From: Myxococcales bacterium
GTDB lineage: Bacteria; Myxococcota_A; UBA9042; UBA3505
NCBI GenBank assembly: GCA_963578775.1
Contig: CAUZEG010000004.1
Span: 1 to 58,376, forward strand
Reading direction: 5' to 3'
DNA: 58,376 nt
This document shows, piece after piece, positions 37,330 through 46,804 of this stretch (its first letter is position 1; every line of letters begins with the position of its first letter). The notes under the pieces were generated by a model. That model was given only the letters and a program-made list of their open reading frames with translations. It was not told the origin of the DNA and did no database searches. Position numbers and translations under genes: made by a program.

Positions 37330-40083
37330 ATGCAAAAGCTGTTCACGTCGAATATCGTTCTCGCGCTATTCGCAAGCTGTATGTTTACCTTCGCCGCGTG
37401 CGGTGGAGGTGGTGAAGAAATCGTTACGGATACAGGAACTGATGCCTGTACACCGAGTTGTGATGACAAGGACTGCGGTGACGACGGTTGCGGCAATCTT
37501 TGTGGTGAATGTGAAGATGGGCTTAGTTGCCTCGATGATTTCACCTGCGGCACAGAATGTACTCCCGACTGCACCGACAAGGAATGTGGTGATGACGGCT
37601 GTGGCGGCGATTGCGGCGCATGCCCGTCGGTCGCACCGGCTTGCGGTGAAGACTTCACCTGCCAGGTCGAATGCTCACCGAGTTGCGATGGCCGAGAATG
37701 CGGCGATGATGGCTGTGGCGGCGACTGTGGTACATGCCCGTCGGCCGCTCCCGAGTGCAGCGACGAAGGCACCTGCCAAGTTGCCTGTGCTCCGGCCTGT
37801 GAGGGCAAGGAATGCGGCGACGATGGCTGTGGTAGTACCTGCGGTGGTTGCCCGGAAGAGATTCCCATTTGTAACGAAGATGGCCTATGCATCATTGGCT
37901 GTACACCAAGTTGCGAATTAGGCGACGGTACACCCAAAGAGTGTGGCGACGATGGCTGTGAAGGCTCCTGTGGAGCGTGTCCCAATGCTGCACCCATCTG
38001 CGACGGTGGAGTCTGTATCGCGGCCTGTTCTCCTGATTGCGATGGCAAAGAATGTGGCGCTGACGGCTGCGGTGGTGACTGTGGTGACTGCCCGGGTGCG
38101 GCTCCTATCTGCGATGCGGGCGTCTGCACCGTGGACTGTACTCCCAACTGCGCTGGCATAGACTGCGGTGCAGACGGTTGTGGTGGTTCCTGTGGATCCT
38201 GTTCTGGTGAGCTGACCTGTATTGCCGGCACATGTTCGAGTGGTTCCTGTACTTCCGATTGCTCCGGTAAGGAATGCGGTTCCGATGGCTGTGATGGTTC
38301 CTGTGGTACCTGTGCTGCTGGGGAACAATGTCTGGCTGATGGCAGTTGCCTCTGCATCCCGAGCTGTACCGGCAAGGAATGTGGTGGTGATGGCTGTGGT
38401 GGTACCTGCGGCGCCTTCAACGGCAACTGCGGGGCTGGCGAAACCTGTAGTGGTGGAACTTGCGTTGCCGAATGCTCACCCAGCTGTGCTGGTAAAGAGT
38501 GCGGTAGTGACGGCTGTGGTGGTACATGTGCCCCAGGCTGTAGCGCAGGCTACAACTGCGACGCTGGTGGCCAATGTGTCATGGAATGTACGCCGGATTG
38601 TACCGGTAAGGTATGTGGTTCCGATGGCTGCAGTGGTAGCTGTGGTACGTGCGCGGCTGGCGAAAGCTGCAGTGCGGGTGCCTGCCAGTCCAGTTGTACA
38701 CCGGTATGCGATCTGGCCAATGCCCAGGACTGTGGTCAGGGTCTAATCGTACCCTGCGGAGACGAAACCGAATGTGGTACCTGTGAAGAGGGCTTCGAAT
38801 GTGACCTTGGCTTCGGCCAATGTGCAGAAGCTGCACCATGTGAGTCTCAGGAAGGAGATCTCTTCTGTATGGACCGAGACACCGGAGTCGAGCTTCAATG
38901 TGGCTGGGATCCAGTATGCGGTAATGTCTCCCCGGCATGTGGAGGTAACGAGGGTGCCTGCGAACTCGCAACTCTCGATTGTACCCCGGATGGTTGGTGC
39001 ATCGATCCCTGTCAATGCGGTGGCTTCGAAGATGGAACCCTGGACAAATGCGGTTCGATCGACGGCTGTGAAAACGACTGTGGTGGTTGCTTCACAGAGG
39101 GTCAGGGCGTGACCGGTCCAGGAACCTGGGTCTGTAACGTAAACAACCAATGTGAAGAACAATGCATCCCGGGTTGTGGGACTGTGGAACTTCCATTGAT
39201 TTGTGGTAGCGATGGCTGTGGCGGTAGCTGTGGCGACTGTGCCGGGTCAGACCTGTGCAGTGGCGATCAGACGACCTGCGAGAGCTGTGAGGATACCGTA
39301 ACACCGGCCGAAAGCTGCGAAGGAAAAGTCTGCGGCTGGGATCCCTGTGGTACGGCCTGTGGCGATAACGGCGGTCTTTGTGGTGGAACCGAAATCTGCG
39401 ACGAGAACGGTCAATGCGTACCCGGCTGTGATCCACTTGATGTCTGTCAGGAACCCCTGGCCTTCAAGTTCTGCGGAGCCGACGATTGTGGTGGGACATG
39501 TGGTACATGCGGCCCGGGCGAAGTCTGCGCTGACGATGCCCAGTCCTGTGACGATCCCACCGGTACCAAGGACGCCTGCAAAGTGGCCTATCTCTGTGTA
39601 GCCGGTTGCACGACCTTTGCCTGTATCCTGGGCTGTGCACCACCCGATGGCACACCGGGTGCCGTCGAGTACGGAGATCTTCGTACCTGTGTCGCAGCTG
39701 AGTGCGGTAATCCGCCTCCGCCAGCTTGTACCGCAGCAGCGCTCGCGCTGGATGGTGCCTGCGAAGCAGAGTCGGACGCATGCATCTCCGGTGCACAGGC
39801 CTGTGCGCCGCTTAAGACCTGCGTAGACACAAACTGTACAGCAAGTCCCAATGTAGACGTCTGTACGTCAGCGTGCCTATATAACGGTACTCTGGCGGGC
39901 CAGGCCAACTATACGCTGTACAATGAATGTTCGCAGAATCAATGCTCGGCAGACTGTCAATCCGGAAACTGCGACGCAGAATGTGCAGCAGGCTCCGAGA
40001 CTCCAGAGTGCCAGGCTTGCATTAACAACAAGTGTAAAGATTGTCTGGCAGTGCAATGTCCGGGAGCGGATAGCTGCCTATAA
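37330..40083 (+). CDS. Large lipoprotein, member 3: ~16 tandem 8-Cys repeats plus the shared C-terminal Cys module
   Basis: ATG 37330 is preceded by GGGAG. The leader is MQKLFTSNIVLALFASCMFTFAACGGG (lipobox). The repeats span 37447-39549 and the C-terminal module spans 39577-40080. A terminator follows. Confidence 0.8.
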   Translation: MQKLFTSNIVLALFASCMFTFAACGGGGEEIVTDTGTDACTPSCDDKDCGDDGCGNLCGECEDGLSCLDDFTCGTECTPDCTDKECGDDGCGGDCGACPSVAPACGEDFTCQVECSPSCDGRECGDDGCGGDCGTCPSAAPECSDEGTCQVACAPACEGKECGDDGCGSTCGGCPEEIPICNEDGLCIIGCTPSCELGDGTPKECGDDGCEGSCGACPNAAPICDGGVCIAACSPDCDGKECGADGCGGDCGDCPGAAPICDAGVCTVDCTPNCAGIDCGADGCGGSCGSCSGELTCIAGTCSSGSCTSDCSGKECGSDGCDGSCGTCAAGEQCLADGSCLCIPSCTGKECGGDGCGGTCGAFNGNCGAGETCSGGTCVAECSPSCAGKECGSDGCGGTCAPGCSAGYNCDAGGQCVMECTPDCTGKVCGSDGCSGSCGTCAAGESCSAGACQSSCTPVCDLANAQDCGQGLIVPCGDETECGTCEEGFECDLGFGQCAEAAPCESQEGDLFCMDRDTGVELQCGWDPVCGNVSPACGGNEGACELATLDCTPDGWCIDPCQCGGFEDGTLDKCGSIDGCENDCGGCFTEGQGVTGPGTWVCNVNNQCEEQCIPGCGTVELPLICGSDGCGGSCGDCAGSDLCSGDQTTCESCEDTVTPAESCEGKVCGWDPCGTACGDNGGLCGGTEICDENGQCVPGCDPLDVCQEPLAFKFCGADDCGGTCGTCGPGEVCADDAQSCDDPTGTKDACKVAYLCVAGCTTFACILGCAPPDGTPGAVEYGDLRTCVAAECGNPPPPACTAAALALDGACEAESDACISGAQACAPLKTCVDTNCTASPNVDVCTSACLYNGTLAGQANYTLYNECSQNQCSADCQSGNCDAECAAGSETPECQACINNKCKDCLAVQCPGADSCL
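37447..39549 (+). repeat. Tandem array of 36-40-codon 8-Cys units (C-x-P-x-C-x-G-K-E-C-G-x-D-G-C-G-G-x-C-G-x-C-...)
   Basis: About 11 well-conserved and about 5 degenerate units, counted by eye in the translation. The periodicity is also visible in the nucleotides. Confidence 0.85.
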
Positions 40084-40106
40084 TAATCCTGCACTGATCT
40101 TGAGTG

Positions 40107-40148
40107 AAAGAGGCCGGGCCATTACGCCCGGCCTCTTTTCATTTTGTT
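40107..40148 (+). terminator. Rho-independent terminator
   Basis: gaggccgggc-cattac-gcccggcctc followed by ttttcatttt. Confidence 0.85.
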
Positions 40149-40188
40149 GCGTCTATATTTCGTACGCCTGCACACCATAGAGATCTCC

Positions 40189-40950
40189 TTGACCGACATC
40201 ATCAAAGACCCTGTTCCCCTGGGCATCGACGGTGATGCATCTGTCGTTGTGCTGACGGGCGCAGGGATTTCGGCGGAGTCCGGGCTATCGACGTTTCGAG
40301 ACTCCGATGGGCTCTGGGAGAAACACCGGATCGAGGATGTGGCAACTCCCGAGGGCTTTCGCCATGATCCAGAAATGGTGTGGCGCTTCTATTCCTCCCG
40401 TCGCGAAAATGCCCGAACCTGCCAACCAAATGCGGGGCACCAGGCTCTGGTGGATCTGGAACAACGCCTCAAGGCCAACAACGGTAACTTCTTGTTGGTG
40501 ACACAGAATATTGATGGTCTTCATCAACGGGCCGGATCGGAAAACGTTATTCCAATTCATGGCGGTTTGATGCAGACGCGCTGCTCCAATATACGATGTG
40601 ACCAATCCAGAAATCCGGTATTCGACGACCAGATTTACGAAAATGAGCTACCGGAATGCGACGAGTGTGGACATCTGCTTCGACCCAATGTGGTCTGGTT
40701 TGGCGAGATGCTCGATGTAGCCCAGCAACGAGAAGCGATCTGGGCCGTGCGAAAATGTGATTGGTTCTTGGCTGTGGGTACCTCAGGAACCGTATATCCA
40801 GTCGCTGGCTATGTGCAGGAAGCGCGCGCAGTCGGAGCTCGTACGGTACTGGCCAATCTGAAGGCGGCCGATAATCTCCACGCCTTTCATAGCTTTGTGC
40901 CAGGTCGAGCTACAGACGTACTTCCCAGAATTGTCGCTCCGGCTCCGTAA
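40189..40950 (+). CDS. cobB: NAD-dependent protein deacylase, Sir2 family (CobB-like)
   Basis: It has VVVLTGAGISAESGLSTFRDSDGLWE, QNIDGLHQRAG and the zinc-ribbon Cys pairs (CSNIRC .. CDECG). The start is uncertain. The ORF opens at TTG 40144, inside the terminator. The in-frame TTG at 40189 is my guess, and there is no ATG nearby. Confidence 0.82.
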   Translation: MTDIIKDPVPLGIDGDASVVVLTGAGISAESGLSTFRDSDGLWEKHRIEDVATPEGFRHDPEMVWRFYSSRRENARTCQPNAGHQALVDLEQRLKANNGNFLLVTQNIDGLHQRAGSENVIPIHGGLMQTRCSNIRCDQSRNPVFDDQIYENELPECDECGHLLRPNVVWFGEMLDVAQQREAIWAVRKCDWFLAVGTSGTVYPVAGYVQEARAVGARTVLANLKAADNLHAFHSFVPGRATDVLPRIVAPAP

Positions 40951-41093
40951 CAGCGGTAACAAGTCATCGACATAAACGAGCAAGTGTGCTTGAATGGCCC
41001 GCGTTTCTGGGAGCCTTCGAGCACGGCGCATTCGTCGCGTTCCGATAGGGCTCACTAGAAGCCAATCAATCCGAATGCCGCTGGAGGCCACCG

Positions 41094-43793
41094 ATGAACT
41101 CGAACGAGTTTGGCGCCTACGATAGTTTTGAGCTTTCCAATGGAGCATCTGCTCAAATCTATCGATTACAGGTCCTGGAGGACGCAGGTCATACGCAACT
41201 AGATCGGTTGCCCTACTCCATCCGAGTACTTCTTGAAACTGCTCTTCGGAATTGCGACGACTTCCTCGTACGCCGCGAAGACGTCCTCAGCCTGGCCGGT
41301 TGGCAGCCCAATGGTGAACGAACCGAGGTGCCCTTCATACCAAGCCGGGTCATCTTGCAAGATTTCACTGGCGTTCCGGCCGTCGTCGATATCGCGGCCC
41401 TTCGAAACGCCATCGTCGATCTGGGAGGCGATCCTAAGAAAGTGAATCCGGCCGTACCGGTCGATCTTGTCATCGATCACTCGGTGCAGGTTGATTTCTC
41501 GGGCCGCTTCGCAGACGCCCGAGAACGAAATATGGAGATTGAGTACGAACGAAACGCTGAACGCTATGCATTCCTCAAATGGGGGCAGTCCAATCTGGAC
41601 CAATTTACAGCCGTTCCGCCCGGTCGTGGCATCGTGCACCAGGTGAATCTGGAATGGATCGCAACGGTAGCCGGGCAAAAACAAGAAGACGGGCAACAAG
41701 TATATTTCCCCGATACCCTGGTGGGCACCGATAGCCATACTACCATGGTCAATGGCCTGGGTGTGCTGGGATGGGGTGTTGGGGGAATCGAAGCAGAAGC
41801 CGTCATGTTGGGCCAGCCCATCTATATGCTAGCCCCCGACGTCGTCGGAGTGAAACTCACGGGAACTCTTCGAGCCGGTGTGACCGCCACCGACATGACA
41901 CTTCGGATCGTCGAAATGCTGCGCACACATGGTGTGGTCGGAAAGTTCGTAGAGTTCTTTGGTCCGGGAATGGAACAACTCCAACTGGCCGATCGTGCGA
42001 CCATCGCGAATATGGCACCCGAATACGGAGCGACCTGTGGTTTCTTCCCCGTCGACGAGATCACCATCCGATACCTTACCCTCACCGGTCGTGACGCCTC
42101 CCATATCGAAAATGTGAAACGCTATTATAAAGAACAGGGACTATTTCATACCGCGGACAGCCCCGACCCGGACTTCACCACGTCATTGGTCCTTGATCTG
42201 GGGGATATTGAACCGGCCATGGCAGGCCCTAAACGGCCCCAGGATCGGGTCAATCTGAACGATATGAAATCCCATTTCCAGACCTCATTACAGGCTCCAG
42301 TGGGTCATAGTGGACATGGTATCGAGGCCACAGCGGTCGAAAGAGCGGTCGCGATTGAAGGAAAAGACTACGACCTATCGCATGGTGACGTGGTGATCGC
42401 TGCGATTACCTCATGTACCAATACGTCCAATCCCAGCGTGATGCTGGCCGCTGGTCTTCTGGCCCGAAACGCCAGGCGACGCGGGCTCAATACAAAACCC
42501 TGGGTCAAGACCTCCCTGGCCCCCGGTTCCAGGGTCGTGACAGAATATTATAAGGCGGCCGGCCTTCTCGAAGATCTGGCCGCGCTTGGCTTTAATGTAG
42601 TCGGCTACGGCTGTACTACCTGTATTGGAAACTCCGGCCCTCTGGACGCAGATCTGGAAAATGCCATCAAGTCCGGCAATCTGATTGTCTCCGGTGTCCT
42701 GTCAGGCAATCGGAACTTCGAAGGGCGAATCCATAACTGGGTCAAAGCAAACTACCTGGCCAGCCCCCCTCTGGTCGTGGCCTACGCCATTGCCGGAACC
42801 ATTGATATCGACCTGCAAAATGAGCCGATTGGACACGACAATACCGGGCAACCGGTCTATCTGGCGGATGTCTGGCCCAGCAACGAAGAGATCGCTGCGA
42901 CCATCGAGAGTAGCATTCAGCCCGAGATGTTCCGCTCTCGTTATGCCGACGCGACTCGAGAACCCCGCTGGGACGCCATCAAGGTGGCGGATGAGGACCT
43001 CTACCCATGGGATTCCCGGTCAACCTACATCCAGTTGCCGTCCTTCTTCCAGGGGATCAGCCCGGACATCGACGATATTGAATCCATCAAAGGAGCGCGC
43101 GTATTGTTGAAGCTGGGCGACTCGGTCACAACGGACCATATCAGTCCCGCTGGTGCCATCCCGGAAGATGGCCCCGCCGGTCAATATCTGCGAAGCCACG
43201 GTATCGAAAAGAAGAACTTCAACAGCTTTGGCTCGCGCCGGGGTAACCACGAAGTCATGGTGCGCGGTACCTTTGCCAATGTGCGCATCCGAAACCAGGT
43301 GGCACCGGGTACCGAGGGTGGGTACACCACCCATTTCCCCACCGATAGCGTAGATTTCATCTTTGATGCGGCTATGAAATATCAAAAGGCCGACACGCCT
43401 CTTGTGGTCCTGGCCGGCACCCAATACGGAACCGGCTCCTCGCGTGACTGGGCCGCCAAAGGTACATTACTACTCGGTGTAAAGGCGGTCGTCGCCAAGA
43501 GCTATGAACGTATCCATCGCTCCAATCTGGTGGGTATGGGCGTACTTCCACTTTGCTTCAAGGACGGCCAGGGGGCCGACGAACTGGAGTTGGATGGTTC
43601 CGAGTCCTTCGACATCATTGGCTTGCATAATAACATCGAGCCTCTATCGGACATAGAAGTCGTCGCTCACCGCAATGACGGGTCCGACGTGCGCTTCATG
43701 GCTACTGTTCGTTTGGATACCCCCGTGGAGGTAGAGTACTACCGCAATGGTGGTATCCTTCAGACCGTAGTCCGCAAATTGGCCCGAAACTGA
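41094..43793 (+). CDS. acnA: Aconitate hydratase A
   Basis: 899 aa. It has [29 protein letters not shown], the 4Fe-4S ligand regions ([19 protein letters not shown]) and [19 protein letters not shown]. Confidence 0.97.
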   Translation: MNSNEFGAYDSFELSNGASAQIYRLQVLEDAGHTQLDRLPYSIRVLLETALRNCDDFLVRREDVLSLAGWQPNGERTEVPFIPSRVILQDFTGVPAVVDIAALRNAIVDLGGDPKKVNPAVPVDLVIDHSVQVDFSGRFADARERNMEIEYERNAERYAFLKWGQSNLDQFTAVPPGRGIVHQVNLEWIATVAGQKQEDGQQVYFPDTLVGTDSHTTMVNGLGVLGWGVGGIEAEAVMLGQPIYMLAPDVVGVKLTGTLRAGVTATDMTLRIVEMLRTHGVVGKFVEFFGPGMEQLQLADRATIANMAPEYGATCGFFPVDEITIRYLTLTGRDASHIENVKRYYKEQGLFHTADSPDPDFTTSLVLDLGDIEPAMAGPKRPQDRVNLNDMKSHFQTSLQAPVGHSGHGIEATAVERAVAIEGKDYDLSHGDVVIAAITSCTNTSNPSVMLAAGLLARNARRRGLNTKPWVKTSLAPGSRVVTEYYKAAGLLEDLAALGFNVVGYGCTTCIGNSGPLDADLENAIKSGNLIVSGVLSGNRNFEGRIHNWVKANYLASPPLVVAYAIAGTIDIDLQNEPIGHDNTGQPVYLADVWPSNEEIAATIESSIQPEMFRSRYADATREPRWDAIKVADEDLYPWDSRSTYIQLPSFFQGISPDIDDIESIKGARVLLKLGDSVTTDHISPAGAIPEDGPAGQYLRSHGIEKKNFNSFGSRRGNHEVMVRGTFANVRIRNQVAPGTEGGYTTHFPTDSVDFIFDAAMKYQKADTPLVVLAGTQYGTGSSRDWAAKGTLLLGVKAVVAKSYERIHRSNLVGMGVLPLCFKDGQGADELELDGSESFDIIGLHNNIEPLSDIEVVAHRNDGSDVRFMATVRLDTPVEVEYYRNGGILQTVVRKLARN

Positions 43794-43801
43794 GGCTGCA
43801 C

Positions 43802-44803
43802 TCAGTCGATAATCTCGCCGATCTCCGCAAGAACGTCTTTTACAATCTCATCCACATTTCCACTTACCGTGGCTCCAGCCGCATGGGCATGGCCACCGCC
43901 ACCTCTACACTTGGCGATAGAAAAGATGTTGAGGTGGTCCTTGGAACGTACGCTCACCTTATAACGCTGGGCCCCGACCTGCTTGAGTACAAAAGCAGCC
44001 TCCACGCCCCGTAGGCTGATCAACATGCTCACGACTTCACGTAGATCATCATTGTCTACAACAAGGCCTTCCAGATCGGAGGCATCCACGATGGTCCATA
44101 CAACCCGGTTGCCATGGGCGAACTCAGCACGCTTGAATGCGCGAGCAAGGAGCCTCGGCATGTCCACGGGCTTGTTCATATAGATTTGTTCCTGGAGCCA
44201 GGTCGCATCGACACCCAGGTCGATGAGTTTGGCAGCCAGACGTAGGGTTTCCGACCGGTTCCGTAGGAAGCGGAAAGACACGGTGTCGTATACCATCGAT
44301 GCGTAGATCGGCTCGCCAATCTCTGGGGTAATTTCCACACCAGCCTGCACAAGAATACGATACACAATTTCACCGGTAGAGGAGCTATCACTGTCACAGA
44401 TCATGATAACGTGGTCAGGAACATCACCAAGATGATGATCAATCGCACATACAGGGGCATCGCCACGCATGGTATACGGGCGCCCCGTGCGCTCCAGATC
44501 ATTGGTATCCATGGCTACAAAAAGATCGGCATCCCGAATGGAGTCGGCCGCGATAGCATCGGCCACCATAATATCCGAATCCCGATCCAGATATTCGTAC
44601 CGTTCGGGGACTGGAGCGTCGAGATAGATTCGGACGTCCTTACCAAGAGACCGCAGTCCGCGCATTAGAGCAAGACTCGCTCCCAGGCCATCGCCATCGG
44701 GATTGACATGGGTACTTAAGACAATTGTATGCGCGGCCAGAAGCGGCTCAATCGACAATGTTCGTTCACTATACGGTTCCATCGCTTCATATTGTATCTG
44801 CAT
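43802..44803 (-). CDS. DHH/DHHA1 family phosphoesterase (NrnA-like)
   Basis: It has the motifs HVNPDGDGLGA, DTND, AIDHH and GGGGHAHAAG (DHHA1). Confidence 0.85.
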   Translation of the reverse strand: MQIQYEAMEPYSERTLSIEPLLAAHTIVLSTHVNPDGDGLGASLALMRGLRSLGKDVRIYLDAPVPERYEYLDRDSDIMVADAIAADSIRDADLFVAMDTNDLERTGRPYTMRGDAPVCAIDHHLGDVPDHVIMICDSDSSSTGEIVYRILVQAGVEITPEIGEPIYASMVYDTVSFRFLRNRSETLRLAAKLIDLGVDATWLQEQIYMNKPVDMPRLLARAFKRAEFAHGNRVVWTIVDASDLEGLVVDNDDLREVVSMLISLRGVEAAFVLKQVGAQRYKVSVRSKDHLNIFSIAKCRGGGGHAHAAGATVSGNVDEIVKDVLAEIGEIID

Positions 44804-44817
44804 TCAAACCAACTTTT

Positions 44818-45552
44818 TCATAGAATCTCGGTACGACCGAGTAGAGACAAAAAACTCTTCAACATTTCCGCTGTGGCTCCCCAGATCACCTGTTCGCCAT
44901 ATCGAAAGACCTGAAAGCGGACTCCGGGAATATGCGGCCAGGTATGAGTGTCGAGCCTCATAGTGAACAACTCGTCGAGGGGCACCCGGAAGACATCCGC
45001 CACCTCTGTCGGATCAGGAATGACCTCAAAGTCACCATGAACCAACCCGACAAATGGAGAGACATGAAAGTCCGTGATGGTCTTGTAGTCATCCAAACGA
45101 CCGATGCGCTCCACGCGTTCGGGCGGTAGACCTACTTCTTCTGATGCCTCGCGAATAGCCGTCTGCCATCCATCCTCATCAGAGGGCTCACAGGATCCGC
45201 CTGGGAACGCCACCTGACCGGCGTGCATACCGATGCCATCGGAACGGCGAATAAAAAGAACATCGAGCGACCCGCCAGGAGTCCGCTCGATTAGCGGAAC
45301 AAGGACGGCGGCAGGTTTTAAATTGGTATCTACCCGTTCGTTCGGCGCATGCTCTGCTAAGCAAGATTGCACAAATGCCAGGGACACGGGTTGGGGCTGC
45401 GCCTGTATGGATTGGGAGGTATTCAGCGTGAGCCTCCACCAATCAATGTCATGAATTCTTCTCGGGTCTTGGGGTCCGCCTGAAATGCGCCCCGCATGGA
45501 TGAGGTAATAGTGAGCGAATTGAGCTTCTGCACACCGCGCATCACCATGCAT
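44818..45552 (-). CDS. Nudix hydrolase, CoA-pyrophosphatase-like
   Basis: The Nudix box is [25 protein letters not shown], preceded by AAVLVPL..LLFIRR-type context. The start is uncertain: ATG 45552 would overlap folE by 130 nt. The true start is probably a non-ATG codon near 45430. Confidence 0.75.
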   Translation of the reverse strand: MHGDARCAEAQFAHYYLIHAGRISGGPQDPRRIHDIDWWRLTLNTSQSIQAQPQPVSLAFVQSCLAEHAPNERVDTNLKPAAVLVPLIERTPGGSLDVLFIRRSDGIGMHAGQVAFPGGSCEPSDEDGWQTAIREASEEVGLPPERVERIGRLDDYKTITDFHVSPFVGLVHGDFEVIPDPTEVADVFRVPLDELFTMRLDTHTWPHIPGVRFQVFRYGEQVIWGATAEMLKSFLSLLGRTEIL

Positions 45553-46037
45553 AGATGAGCGCCCTCAAGAACCACTGCAACGCCCTGGGGATTAAGGAGG
45601 TCGTCCATAGCTTCCGCTATCTGGGCAGTAAGTCGCTCCTGCACCTGAAGTCGTCGAGCGAAAACCTCCACTATACGCGCCATCTTGGACAAGCCCAGGA
45701 CCTTCCCGTTTGGAATATAGGCGACATGGGCCTTACCGAAGAAGGGCAACATATGGTGTTCGCATAAGGAGAAGTAATCAATGTCCCGGCAGATAACCAT
45801 CTCGTTATAGGTCACATCGAATAGAGCCCCGTTCACCACCTCGGCCACATCGGTATCATAGCCACTCAGCAGAAACTCATAGGATTTGGCCACCCGCGCC
45901 GGCGTACGTACCAATCCATCACGTTCCGGATCTTCTCCGACCTCAACGATCAGCTCGTGAATGAGTTCCTCAAGCCGATTTCCACCCGTCAGGGCTTTAT
46001 TGCCCTTCAATTCCGTGATGTTGTTTTTTTCCTGCAA
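45423..46037 (-). CDS. folE: GTP cyclohydrolase I
   Basis: 204 aa. It has [41 protein letters not shown] and [12 protein letters not shown]. Confidence 0.95.
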   Translation of the reverse strand: MQEKNNITELKGNKALTGGNRLEELIHELIVEVGEDPERDGLVRTPARVAKSYEFLLSGYDTDVAEVVNGALFDVTYNEMVICRDIDYFSLCEHHMLPFFGKAHVAYIPNGKVLGLSKMARIVEVFARRLQVQERLTAQIAEAMDDLLNPQGVAVVLEGAHLCMVMRGVQKLNSLTITSSMRGAFQADPKTREEFMTLIGGGSR

Positions 46038-46303
46038 CCCATACTCCTAAGGTGAAGTCGCGGAAATAGAACACAAGTCAGTCCGCTATACAAGGGATAG
46101 CCGAGAATTTCCCTACAATACAGGCCGATAACCAGTCAGACCATCCAACGGCCCGACTCCACATCCAAAAAAAACCCTGCTATGGTAGACCGACCGTCTA
46201 TTCTGTAAGTCATGATTCCAGCACCATTTCCACACCTGCGCAAAGACTGATGTTGCAACCCTGTCTCCACCCACCTCTCCGCAGAAAACGACACGGACTG
46301 AGC

Positions 46304-46804
46304 ATGACCGCCCTTCTGCTGGTTCTAGGCTTGATGACCGCCTGTGGACCAAGCGACGAATTTACCGGTCGTTGGGAGAGTGCCGACAATGCCCAGGCCT
46401 CGGGCGCTGTACTCGAAGGGTATCTGGAAATTGTCGTGGGCCAATATGGCAACGATGCCAGCGGCGTATTGCGTGTCTACGAAGACCCATTTCTGAAGTT
46501 TCCCTCGCCGTTATGCCCCTGTCTGTATCTCGTAGACGGAAAGATCCGTGATACGACCGTAACCTTCGTTCTCAACTTCAACCATTGTCCAGCCATGGTA
46601 GGTGAGCATTCCTCGGAGGGAGGAACAACCGAGTATGTACTCTCCCTGGAAAGCAAATCTGATTTTTCGGCGGTTGGGCGGGTCCTCGACTCCAGTGCCA
46701 ATGAACTGCAGGCCTTCGATTTGGACCGGATCGAGTACCAGGACGAGCTCATTGATGAGCTGGAGCGGACCTGCACGGCGGACTCCCAACAGGACAGTCC
46801 ATGA
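46304..46804 (+). CDS. Hypothetical small lipoprotein
   Basis: The internal ATG at 46304 gives MTALLLVLGLMTACGPS (lipobox). The stop overlaps the next start as ATGA. Confidence 0.6.
   Translation: MTALLLVLGLMTACGPSDEFTGRWESADNAQASGAVLEGYLEIVVGQYGNDASGVLRVYEDPFLKFPSPLCPCLYLVDGKIRDTTVTFVLNFNHCPAMVGEHSSEGGTTEYVLSLESKSDFSAVGRVLDSSANELQAFDLDRIEYQDELIDELERTCTADSQQDSP

Noticed and set aside
37101-38426. 441-codon ORF on the minus strand with a proline/serine/glutamine-rich periodic translation (..PPQPSSPHSLPSQ..).
   Set aside because: It is the antisense shadow of the periodic Cys-repeat gene: TGC/TGT/GGC-rich codons read backwards give GCA/ACA/GCC and avoid stops. It has no start context or leader. 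The plus-strand frame has a lipobox, an RBS, a terminator and paralogues.
45423-45552. A 130-nt overlap between the Nudix ORF (ATG 45552) and the 3' end of folE, which might be a genuine long overlap or a recoding site.
   Set aside because: It is more simply an over-extended ORF call. CoA-pyrophosphatase-like proteins need only ~40 aa before the AAVLVPL segment, which places the real (probably non-ATG) start close to the folE stop. I cannot pick the codon confidently.
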